IMG/VR virus record: IMGVR_UViG_3300030330_004274
Location: 1 to 64,000 of that record
Length of the DNA: 64,000 nt
From: a virus
Taxonomy: Duplodnaviria > Caudoviricetes
Direction: 5' to 3' (one strand)
The translations under genes were made by a program, and so were the position numbers. Positions 1-9,250 of the stretch are shown here, in pieces. Position 1 is the first letter of the stretch. Every line of letters starts with the position of its first letter. The notes under the pieces were generated by a model. That model did no database searches and had not been told where the DNA came from. It saw nothing but the letters and a program-made list of their open reading frames with translations.

Positions 1-1029
1 AACATTCCTATTATGTATTACAACATTTGGGATGATTTACCAGACCCAAATTGGAATGCCAATTTCTATAGAAGTTCAGATATGTTAATGTCAATATCAA
101 AACAAACATATGGTATTAATAAAAGAATACTTTCTAAATATGGTTATGAAGATTGGCAATTAGATTATGTTCCACATGCGATTACAGATAAAAGAATTAA
201 CAAAATTAAAGATAAAGGTGATACAAAATTTAAAGAGTTTGAAAAACAATTTGGTTTAGATGAATACAAATTTAAAATACTTTATCTTAACAGAAATATT
301 AGAAGAAAAAATCCAGGTGATTGTGCATTAGCATATAAACATTTTATGGATTCACTTACTGAAGAACAAAGAAAAGATTGTTGTTTTGTATTTCACTCTG
401 CACCAACTGATGAAAACGGAACTGATATGAAAGCAGTTCATCAGGCATTATTACCAGATTATCCTATGATATTTACATATGATAAAGGTGGTTCTTTCAA
501 TGATGAACAAATGAATTTCTTATATAATTCTTGTGATGTTTATATCAATATGGCTTCCAATGAAGGATTTGGATTGGGGTCACTTGAAGCATTACATGCA
601 GGTAAAGTGTTGGTATTAAATGTAACTGGTGGAATGCAAGACCAATGTGGATTTAAAAATGATAAAGGTAAGTATTTAACTGCGGATGATTATGTGGAGT
701 TGGGTTCTAATCACAGAGGTAAATACAAAGAACACGGTGAATGGGTTAAACCTGTATTTCCATCAAATATAAGTTGTCAAGGTTCACCACTAACACCATA
801 TATCTTTGATGATAGAGCAAGTTATGAAGATTTTGGAGATGCATTAAAATACTGGTATGATAAAGGACCTGAAGAGAGAGAACGATGTGGTGAAGTTGGA
901 AGACAATGGGCGTATTCTGATGATGCAAGAATGACAGATAAACATATGGCAGAATCATTTATTAAAAACATTGAAGCTACATTTAAAAATTGGAAACCAA
1001 GAGCAAAATATACAATGGAGGTAGTTTAA
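1..1029 (+). CDS. GT4-family glycosyltransferase (5'-truncated by the window)
   Basis: Frame is open from base 1; NRNIRRK and EGFGLGSLEA (E-x7-E) GT-B motifs. Confidence 0.85.
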   Translation, partial: NIPIMYYNIWDDLPDPNWNANFYRSSDMLMSISKQTYGINKRILSKYGYEDWQLDYVPHAITDKRINKIKDKGDTKFKEFEKQFGLDEYKFKILYLNRNIRRKNPGDCALAYKHFMDSLTEEQRKDCCFVFHSAPTDENGTDMKAVHQALLPDYPMIFTYDKGGSFNDEQMNFLYNSCDVYINMASNEGFGLGSLEALHAGKVLVLNVTGGMQDQCGFKNDKGKYLTADDYVELGSNHRGKYKEHGEWVKPVFPSNISCQGSPLTPYIFDDRASYEDFGDALKYWYDKGPEERERCGEVGRQWAYSDDARMTDKHMAESFIKNIEATFKNWKPRAKYTMEVV

Positions 1030-2420
1030 TGAAAAGATTAGTATTGATAACGGCACCTGTAACATCAAGAAGTGGTTATGGTGACCATGCAAGAGATTTA
1101 GTTCGTTCCTTAATTGCACACGATAAGTATGATTTAAAAATTATGGATGTGCCTTGGGGTGCCTGTCCAAGAAATGCTCTTGATAAAAATGTTCAACGAG
1201 ATAAAATTATATTAGATTTAATATTAAAAGAACCAAGTGTCCCAAGACAACCAGATGTGTACATTGATATTAGAATACCTAATGAGTTTCAACAAGTTGG
1301 TAAATTTAATATTGGTATAACTGCAGGTATAGAAACAAATGCAGTATCACAAAATTGGTTAGAATCTTGTAACAAAATGGATTTAATCATAGTACCATCA
1401 GAACATTCAAAGGCTGGATTTGTAAGTACAGTATTTGATAAAGTACAACCAGGACCTGATGGGAAACAAGAAGTTGTAGGACAGTGTAAACTTGAAAAAC
1501 CGATAGAAGTTCTGTTCGAGGGTGTTGATGAAGATATTTATAAACCATTAAACTCTGATGAAATAAATTCAGATTTTTTTAATTGGTTGAATGACGAAGT
1601 ACCTGAAAAGTTTGCATTTCTATCTGTTGGACAATGGGGTAAAGGTGGATATGGTGAAGATAGAAAAGATTTGGGTAAAATGGTTAAAGTGTTTTGTGAA
1701 TCATTTGCAAATAAGAAAAAACAACCTGCGTTAATATTAAAAACTAATGGTGCAACATATTCCATTATAGATAGAGAAGAATGTTTAGATAAAATAAAAC
1801 AAGTTAAAAGAATGTTTCCAAAGGATTGGAAATTACCTAATGTATATTTATTACACGGTGATTTATCACTTGAGGATATGAATTATTTGTATAACCATCC
1901 GAAAATAAAATCACTTGTTTCATTCACTCACGGAGAGGGATTTGGTAGACCTTTACTTGAAGCAACTATGACAGGATTGCATGTAATTGCAACAGGTTGG
2001 AGTGGTCAAGTAGATTTTCTTACTCCAGAACATGCAATGATGTTACCTGGAAAGATTGATAAAGTTCCAAAATCACAACATTGGAAAGATATAATCATAC
2101 CAGAATCTGCTTGGTTTTATGTAGATGAAGATGCAGGATATAAAGCATATAATCATTCTTTTGAAAATAGAGAAGAAATTAAAAGACATGGTAAAATATT
2201 GATGGAAAGAAATAGAAAAGATTTTACTTTAAATGCGATGACAAAAAAGTTTGATGAGATTATGGAAAAACATTTAAAAGGTCTTCCACAACAAGTTGGG
2301 TTACAATTACCAAAACTTAAAAAGGTTAGTGACCCACCAAGTAATTCTAAACCATCTACACCACCAACGATTAAATTACCAAAACTTAAAAAGGTAAATA
2401 CAGAGGAGGCACAAGTATGA
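1029..2420 (+). CDS. GT4-family glycosyltransferase
   Basis: SGYG N-terminal motif and HGEGFGRPLLEA; start moved to ATG 1029 (TAATG overlap, GGAGG upstream). Confidence 0.85.
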   Translation: MKRLVLITAPVTSRSGYGDHARDLVRSLIAHDKYDLKIMDVPWGACPRNALDKNVQRDKIILDLILKEPSVPRQPDVYIDIRIPNEFQQVGKFNIGITAGIETNAVSQNWLESCNKMDLIIVPSEHSKAGFVSTVFDKVQPGPDGKQEVVGQCKLEKPIEVLFEGVDEDIYKPLNSDEINSDFFNWLNDEVPEKFAFLSVGQWGKGGYGEDRKDLGKMVKVFCESFANKKKQPALILKTNGATYSIIDREECLDKIKQVKRMFPKDWKLPNVYLLHGDLSLEDMNYLYNHPKIKSLVSFTHGEGFGRPLLEATMTGLHVIATGWSGQVDFLTPEHAMMLPGKIDKVPKSQHWKDIIIPESAWFYVDEDAGYKAYNHSFENREEIKRHGKILMERNRKDFTLNAMTKKFDEIMEKHLKGLPQQVGLQLPKLKKVSDPPSNSKPSTPPTIKLPKLKKVNTEEAQV

Positions 2421-2941
2421 AAGAAGAACAAAGTTTAATAAGTAATTGTCCTTTATGTGGCGAACATTCTTTACATTGTAATACAAGGAATGGTTCAGAA
2501 TTACAACAATGTATCAATTGTGGTTATGTTACTTCTGATGAATATATTGGTAAAAAACACGAGAACGAAAAATTCAAAAGTTTAACACCTGATATGCAAC
2601 AATGGGCAGTTGAAAAGAACGATAGAATTTGGATACCTTCAATTGTTACTTTACCAATTGGAATGATATATCCAGATAATAAACCATTAGATGAATTACC
2701 AGAAGAGGTAGTAAAAGGTAAAGAATCTGAAGAATTTGAATTACAATGGTCTTTTGCACCAATGGTTGATATACCTGAAGAAGAACGAAAAAACTTTCCA
2801 AATCAACAAGGTGGATTTTACAAACAGAAAATAGATGTTGCGGATAAAAGAGATTTTTCAACATTTTTAGAAGCAATGGTGTTTGTTAATAACATTGTTA
2901 AAGCCAGAAAAGAACAAGATACAAATGAGAGTTCTGATTAA
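2417..2941 (+). CDS. hypothetical protein with zinc ribbon
   Basis: CPLC...CINC; ATGA overlap with the upstream gene. Confidence 0.6.
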   Translation: MKEEQSLISNCPLCGEHSLHCNTRNGSELQQCINCGYVTSDEYIGKKHENEKFKSLTPDMQQWAVEKNDRIWIPSIVTLPIGMIYPDNKPLDELPEEVVKGKESEEFELQWSFAPMVDIPEEERKNFPNQQGGFYKQKIDVADKRDFSTFLEAMVFVNNIVKARKEQDTNESSD

Positions 2942-3498
2942 TGCCAAGACCAGTTTTAAGATTACACAATCATAAACGAAGAATTTTAGGATTACAACCT
3001 TCTACAGAAATTTCATTATATCCTGGTATGATTTGTTCATTTAGATATAAGAAAGATAATGTACAAGACCCACATCCATTAGTTTTAGTGATTTGGAATG
3101 ATTATCAAGGTTATAAAATTCACGGTGTTAATTTAAATTATTTAACTGATTTTCAAGTTAGAAAAATATTTTCTGAATTACAAGATAAAGGTTCTGCCAC
3201 TGCAGAAGATGATTTACCAATTGCAGTAGAAGACCAAGAGGAATCATCTTATGATGATGAATTACCAAATAGAAATCTTCTTAAAAAGGAATTTACACGA
3301 TTGAAACTTCCAACTTATAAAGAAAGTCAAGATGGTAAAAAAATATCAAAATCAGTTGCACAAACACAAATGAAAATGTTATATGAGGGTGTTATAAAAA
3401 AATATGTGGAAAGATTATATGTTTATAGAAGTTATTCTTATGAATATATAATGAACACGAGAGTAGTTACATATGATATAGAGGGGATGTTAAAATAA
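2941..3498 (+). CDS. T4 gp2-like DNA end protector-like protein
   Basis: FRY...D.HPLVLVI...IHGVNLNYL resembles the gp2 core motif. Confidence 0.45.
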   Translation: MPRPVLRLHNHKRRILGLQPSTEISLYPGMICSFRYKKDNVQDPHPLVLVIWNDYQGYKIHGVNLNYLTDFQVRKIFSELQDKGSATAEDDLPIAVEDQEESSYDDELPNRNLLKKEFTRLKLPTYKESQDGKKISKSVAQTQMKMLYEGVIKKYVERLYVYRSYSYEYIMNTRVVTYDIEGMLK

Positions 3499-4118
3499 TG
3501 AATATAAGTTATAGTATATTAACACATAATGAAGATGAAACATTATTAAAATTACTTGAGTTTTTAGTCAAACATAAAGATGATGAAGATGAGATAGTAA
3601 TTCTTGATGATTATTCAGATAATCCAAAAACAAAAGAGATATTAGATGTTTTTGTAGATATGCATGGTATTAAGTTTGAACAAAGACGTTTATTAAAAGA
3701 TTATGCTGGACAAAAAAATTACTTGACTCGTATGTGCAAAAATGATTATATTGTTAATATAGATGCAGATGAAATGCCACATAAACAATTAATGAAAAAC
3801 ATCAAACCAATATTAGAATCAAATCCAACAATAGATTTGTATTGGGTGCCAAGAGTAAATACGGTAGATGGGTTGACACAAGAACATATTAATAAATGGG
3901 GTTGGAATGTGAATGAAAAAGGTTGGGTAAACTTTCCTGATTATCAAGGTAGGATTTGGAGAAACAGACCAAATATTATGTGGAAAAACAAAGTACACGA
4001 AGTACTAACAGGTTATAATGAACATACAATGCTTCCAGCAGAAGAGGAGTTTTGTTTTTATCATCCAAAAGATATAGACAGACAAGAAAAACAGAATGAG
4101 TTTTACTCACAAATATAA
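3498..4118 (+). CDS. GT2-family glycosyltransferase
   Basis: ILTHNE, DDYS, NIDADE (DxD) and VHE motifs. Confidence 0.85.
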   Translation: MNISYSILTHNEDETLLKLLEFLVKHKDDEDEIVILDDYSDNPKTKEILDVFVDMHGIKFEQRRLLKDYAGQKNYLTRMCKNDYIVNIDADEMPHKQLMKNIKPILESNPTIDLYWVPRVNTVDGLTQEHINKWGWNVNEKGWVNFPDYQGRIWRNRPNIMWKNKVHEVLTGYNEHTMLPAEEEFCFYHPKDIDRQEKQNEFYSQI

Positions 4119-4136
4119 ATTATAAAAGGTTATAAA

Positions 4137-5774
4137 ATGATTAAAGATAATAAAGTTACAGCACTGATACCTATCAGAAAAGGTAGTAAGAGAGTTAAAG
4201 ATAAAAATATTAAACCATTTAGTGATACTAATTTATTAGAAAACAAAATTAGAGTATTGAAAGAGGTAAATGGTATTGATGAAATTTTAGTTACATCTGA
4301 TTGTCCAACCGCATTAAGTATTGCAAAGAAAATGGGTGTATCATTTGTTGAAAGAGAAGAATACTATGCAAGTGATGATTGCCCAGGTAGTGAGAACTTA
4401 AAGTATATTGCATCACAAACTGATACTGAATATATTTTATATACACCAGTTACATCACCATTTGTTAAAACAGAAACTTATGAAAACATAATTGCACTAT
4501 TTAAACACAATATTAATAAATCAGATTATGACAGTGTGGTTAGTGTAAATTATGTAAAACAATTTTTGTGGGAAAACAATAAACCTCTAAACTATGACCC
4601 TTATGATTGTCCAAAGAGTCAAGATTTAGATTCGGTGTTTGGTTTAACCTTTGGTGCTTGTTTGTTATCAAGAGATAAGATGATAGAAAAGAGATATGTG
4701 GTTGGGGATAAACCTATATGGTATGAACTTGATGAACAAGAATCTATTGATATTGATATGCCTTTTGATTTCAATGTTGCAGAAATGATTTATGAAAATG
4801 AAAAACTTGAAAAGTTTAAAAACAATGATGTGATGGTTTTAGATTGTACAGTTAGAGATGGTGGGTTTGTAAATAATCATCAATTTAAATTGGAAGAAGT
4901 TAAAGAATCTCTAAAGGCAAGTAGTGATATTGGTTACTCTTTTTTTGAGATTGGATATATTACAGATGAAAAATTTATAAAAGAAACTGATGGTATATGG
5001 AAAAACATATCATTTGATTTAATTAATGAATTGGTTGACGAAATAAAACCAAAATGTAAAATATCAGTTATGATGGATTCTTGGAGATATGATATAAATA
5101 ATCTACCAGAAAAAGGTGATAACAAAGTTGACTTAATTAGAGTGTGTGCTTACCAAGAACAGATAGACCAAGCATTAGAACAATGTAAAATCATAAAAGA
5201 AAAAGGATACGATGTATCATTGAATGTTATTTGTATCTCTCATATTGAAATGGATTATTTTTATGAGTTAAGACATAAACTTTTGAACAATGATTATTTA
5301 GATTATTTATGTTTTGCAGATAGTTATGGTGCTGCAACTTCTGATTTAGTAAAGAAAATAATTACTCTTTTTAGAAATATCAGTCCAACTATAAAATTAG
5401 GATTTCATTGTCACGATAATATATCTTTGGCAATGGCAACAACAATCAGTGCAATAGAGGCAGGTGCAGATATAGTTGATGGTTCTTACAAAGGAATGGG
5501 TAGAGGTGGTGGAAATCTTAAAATTGAATTGATAACTATGTATTTGAATTTACACGGAAAATCTAATTTCAATCTTAATGCACTACTACAATATCTAAAC
5601 AAAAATATAGACAAGAGGGAATTTGAAGAATTGAAACAATCTATTTGTGGTGTATTTAATATTCATCCATATAGATTGAAAGCAATAACAGATGATGATT
5701 TAGAGGTGGTGTATAATAAATTAATCTCTTTACCAGAGGAGGCAAAGAAAAGGATAGAGTATGAAATTAAATAG
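4137..5774 (+). CDS. NeuA/KdsB-type cytidylyltransferase fused to an HMGL-like (DRE-TIM) aldolase
   Basis: N-terminal IPIRKGSKRVKDKN and SIDID; C-terminal LDCTVRDGG, ADSYG, GFHCHDN, GMGRGGGN. Confidence 0.8.
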   Translation: MIKDNKVTALIPIRKGSKRVKDKNIKPFSDTNLLENKIRVLKEVNGIDEILVTSDCPTALSIAKKMGVSFVEREEYYASDDCPGSENLKYIASQTDTEYILYTPVTSPFVKTETYENIIALFKHNINKSDYDSVVSVNYVKQFLWENNKPLNYDPYDCPKSQDLDSVFGLTFGACLLSRDKMIEKRYVVGDKPIWYELDEQESIDIDMPFDFNVAEMIYENEKLEKFKNNDVMVLDCTVRDGGFVNNHQFKLEEVKESLKASSDIGYSFFEIGYITDEKFIKETDGIWKNISFDLINELVDEIKPKCKISVMMDSWRYDINNLPEKGDNKVDLIRVCAYQEQIDQALEQCKIIKEKGYDVSLNVICISHIEMDYFYELRHKLLNNDYLDYLCFADSYGAATSDLVKKIITLFRNISPTIKLGFHCHDNISLAMATTISAIEAGADIVDGSYKGMGRGGGNLKIELITMYLNLHGKSNFNLNALLQYLNKNIDKREFEELKQSICGVFNIHPYRLKAITDDDLEVVYNKLISLPEEAKKRIEYEIK

Positions 5775-6153
5775 TTTCTTGGATATGATAAAAGATACAG
5801 AATCTAATCAATTGTGTTTAGATTTTGATGGGGTGATTCACGATAGTTATCAAGGATTTCACGATGGAACAATATATGGAGACCCTCTTCCAGGTGCATT
5901 AGATGCAGTAAAATATTTAAGTGAAACACTAAAATATGATTTAACAATATTCACTTGTAAGGCTAATCCAGAAAGACCATTAATAAATGGTAAAACTGGT
6001 GTAGAATTAATTTGGGATTGGTTGAAAAAATATGATATAGATAAATACATAAAGGATATTGTTTATACAAAACCAAACGCAGTTGCCTATGTAGATGATA
6101 AAGGTATAAGATTTGAAAATTGGGATGACACCCTAAAACAATTGGAGAGATAA
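5761..6153 (+). CDS. HAD-superfamily phosphatase
   Basis: DFDGV motif I; KP...YVDDKG motifs III/IV. Confidence 0.75.
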   Translation: MKLNSFLDMIKDTESNQLCLDFDGVIHDSYQGFHDGTIYGDPLPGALDAVKYLSETLKYDLTIFTCKANPERPLINGKTGVELIWDWLKKYDIDKYIKDIVYTKPNAVAYVDDKGIRFENWDDTLKQLER

Positions 6154-6923
6154 TGTTAGATATAACTTATAAGTTAAAACAGAAGATTGAAGAGTGTGAT
6201 TCAATTGAAGAAAGATTAGAAGTTTTAAAAGATAAATATAAAGGTGAAACTGCATATGTTACTGCGTGTGGACCATCTTTAAAAGAGTTAGATAGTGATG
6301 AATTAAAATCAAAATTAAAAAATAAACTTGTTATGTCAATGAAACAATCATTTGATATTTTAGGTTCTGATGTGGTTGATTTTCATATACTTAACACATA
6401 CAATTTAAAAAAATCTCAATATGATTATGGTGATGAAATTAAAAATATTGTTATATGGGGTTTGGCCAAATCTTATCAAGATAGACAATTAGATAGAGTT
6501 ATTGATGATGGTAGACCTCTTCATTTTTATATACCAGTTATTAATCCACCATATATAAATGATAATCAAACAATAAATGGCTCATTAAATTTTGATGATA
6601 TGAAACTACTTGGTAGTAGATGTGAAGTAACTTGGGGTAAAGGTTTATTTTATGAATTGGTGATTCCTTTTTTATATCATATGGGAGTAAAAGATATAGT
6701 TACATTTGGGTTTGATGTGAATGTAGGTAAATATGAACATTTTTATGGTGAAAAAGAAGAGGCAAATTGTTTCCCACAAGATAATGAAATGGAACAAATA
6801 GTTAATGCTTCACCACATTTTTATGATTGGTGTGTAGATAATGATATTAAAATTAAAATATTTTCACATCTTAATGGTTTAGATAAAAGGTTTACAAGAT
6901 TGGATGATATAAAGGATATTTAA
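6153..6923 (+). CDS. Maf/DUF115 (MptE-like) protein, possible ulosonic acid transferase
   Basis: KYKGETAYVTACGPSL, MGVKDIVTFGFD and HFY motifs. Confidence 0.55.
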   Translation: MLDITYKLKQKIEECDSIEERLEVLKDKYKGETAYVTACGPSLKELDSDELKSKLKNKLVMSMKQSFDILGSDVVDFHILNTYNLKKSQYDYGDEIKNIVIWGLAKSYQDRQLDRVIDDGRPLHFYIPVINPPYINDNQTINGSLNFDDMKLLGSRCEVTWGKGLFYELVIPFLYHMGVKDIVTFGFDVNVGKYEHFYGEKEEANCFPQDNEMEQIVNASPHFYDWCVDNDIKIKIFSHLNGLDKRFTRLDDIKDI

Positions 6924-6925
6924 AA

Positions 6926-8452
6926 ATGACAGATGTTAAAATAATGAAGGATTGGTTACAGAGTGAATTTAAAACGGATGTGCCTAAAGATGTAATTTCG
7001 ATTATAAAATCTGAAGCTGATATAGTTCTTAATGATATTGATTCTAAAAGAGTTGCATTAATCATACATAGATTATCAGAGATGCCTTGGACAACACAAG
7101 AACAAATATGGAAAGAACTTGATATTAGTCAAGGGTGGTTAAGTCATTTAAATGAAACGATTCGTAATAGTAAGTTTTTTCAACAATTGATAATCAAAGA
7201 AGGATTGGGTAGAAAGTATTGGAATACGATGATTCCTTACATAAAAAATAGAGTTAATGAAAAAGTAGTAAATCACGAGTATCAGTTTCCATTAAGATTA
7301 GCTTTATTTCCTGGTTTATCTTGTATGTATTTTTGTGGATTCTGTGGTAGAAATCAAAAGGCAAGATATAAAGGTAATGTAACAAAAGAGGGTAACCAAA
7401 GATTTAAAGATATAATTTCAAGTATGCCAAAGTATTCAACATTATCTATTTCAGGCGGATTAGAACCATTGACAAATCCAGGTTTAGATGAGATTATATC
7501 ACATGCTAAATCAAGAGGAGTTAGAGTACCACTTATAACAAACGCACATATGCTTACACCAAAATATGTAAACATGCATCCTGGTCTGTGGGATTTAGAT
7601 TCACTGCGTGTTTCGTTATATGGAACAGATGATGAATCAACATTTTTTATTACAAGGCATAGAAAAGCATATACTTTAGTAAAAAATAATATAATAGAGT
7701 TTCTAAAAAAGAGAAATGAAATTAATCCAAAATTAAAACTTGGATTAAACTATATCATTATTCCTGAAAATATAGATACTATAATACCACTACTTGATTA
7801 TATTGTAGAGATTAATTCACAGGTTGATAATGGTAAAGGTATAGATTTTTTAACATTGCGTGAGGATTTTGGAAGTGTTACAGAAATTAATGATGATGTA
7901 GATAAATCAGTAGAGGGTAGAAAATATCATTTGGATGGATTGATGACAGATGAACAACGAGAAAATCTGATAAATATATTTAAAAAATTTAATACAAGAA
8001 GAGAAAAAGAATGTCCTGATATGCATGTTGATTTTGGATACGCAATGGTTGCACTTGGAGATGGAGTTCTTGGAAAACCATTGGCAAGAGTTACAGGAAA
8101 ACAAATGAGAAAATCAGGTTATCCTCAAATGTCTGTGGCAGTAGATAGTTTGGGTGATGTTTTTTTGTATAGAGAGGCAGGGTTCTTGGATAGACCAGGA
8201 AATGATAAATTTAAAGCAGGTAGGATAGAGAGTGGTAAATCAATACAAGATACTCTTCGTGAATTTATAGAGAGTAAAGTACAAGTTGATAGAAAAGAAA
8301 CTGATTGTAGATTTATGGATTCATATGACCATTTGATGACACTTTTAGTTAATCAAACAGAAAGTGATATGAAGTTTGGTATAAAATCACCTGTGAATAT
8401 TAGAAAAGATAAACAAGAAGGACAAATCAGTAATAATTGGTATAAGGATTAA
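6926..8452 (+). CDS. desII: DesII-like radical SAM NDP-sugar deaminase/dehydrogenase
   Basis: LALFPGLSCMYFCGFCGR...ARY (CxxxCxxC in a DesII-type context), SGGLEPLTNPG, LRVSLYG, LREDF, GDVFLYREAGF. Confidence 0.75.
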   Translation: MTDVKIMKDWLQSEFKTDVPKDVISIIKSEADIVLNDIDSKRVALIIHRLSEMPWTTQEQIWKELDISQGWLSHLNETIRNSKFFQQLIIKEGLGRKYWNTMIPYIKNRVNEKVVNHEYQFPLRLALFPGLSCMYFCGFCGRNQKARYKGNVTKEGNQRFKDIISSMPKYSTLSISGGLEPLTNPGLDEIISHAKSRGVRVPLITNAHMLTPKYVNMHPGLWDLDSLRVSLYGTDDESTFFITRHRKAYTLVKNNIIEFLKKRNEINPKLKLGLNYIIIPENIDTIIPLLDYIVEINSQVDNGKGIDFLTLREDFGSVTEINDDVDKSVEGRKYHLDGLMTDEQRENLINIFKKFNTRREKECPDMHVDFGYAMVALGDGVLGKPLARVTGKQMRKSGYPQMSVAVDSLGDVFLYREAGFLDRPGNDKFKAGRIESGKSIQDTLREFIESKVQVDRKETDCRFMDSYDHLMTLLVNQTESDMKFGIKSPVNIRKDKQEGQISNNWYKD

Positions 8453-8455
8453 CAA

Positions 8456-9250
8456 ATGAAGAATATAGTATTTATCCCTAACATAGATTGTGGTGATGGT
8501 AGAAGCACACCATATCATTATTCGGTAAAAAGTTATCAAAAGTGGGCTGAACAATTTGATGATGTTGAAGTTATTGAATGGACAGAACCAATAATGGATG
8601 TAAAAGAATTTCCTATAATTTATCAAAGAGAATGGGTATTTGATATTTTAGACCATAATGGAGTTGATTATAATCAAGTGGCAATAGTAGATTCAGATAC
8701 AATAATAAATCCAAACACACCAAACTTTTTTGAAAAAACAGATAACAAATATACAGTAGTTGTAAATAATGGATGTTTTGAATGGGTTTTGAGAAGTATC
8801 AATGGTTGGGGTGAACACTTATTTCCAAAAGAAACAAAACCAAAAGTATGGGAATATCATAATGCAGGATTTGTTGTTGTAAATAAAGAACACAAATGGT
8901 TTTTTGATATTGTTAAAGATTTTTATTTAAAAAATATTGATAAAATTAATGATATTAGAACAAACCAAACATATCAGAATTTGGCATTACCAAGTACAGG
9001 TCAAACCATTATTAATTTTTTATTGGTAAAACATAAAGTAGAAAGAACCTTTTTACCAGAGAGATACAATATGACAGATTTATACAGAAAAAATTTATTA
9101 CACTTACCTGGTCAAAGTTGGTGGCCTGATGAATTAACATTTTTAGATGCTGCTTGGATTTATCATTTCAGTGCGATACCTGGAAAAGGTCAACAACCAA
9201 GACATGTCGAATATTGGATGGAACGAACTTATAAGGAACTATATGGTTAA
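8456..9250 (+). CDS. GT8-like (GT-A) glycosyltransferase
   Basis: VDSD, NAGFVV, Q..INF, YN and IYHF motifs. Confidence 0.65.
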   Translation: MKNIVFIPNIDCGDGRSTPYHYSVKSYQKWAEQFDDVEVIEWTEPIMDVKEFPIIYQREWVFDILDHNGVDYNQVAIVDSDTIINPNTPNFFEKTDNKYTVVVNNGCFEWVLRSINGWGEHLFPKETKPKVWEYHNAGFVVVNKEHKWFFDIVKDFYLKNIDKINDIRTNQTYQNLALPSTGQTIINFLLVKHKVERTFLPERYNMTDLYRKNLLHLPGQSWWPDELTFLDAAWIYHFSAIPGKGQQPRHVEYWMERTYKELYG

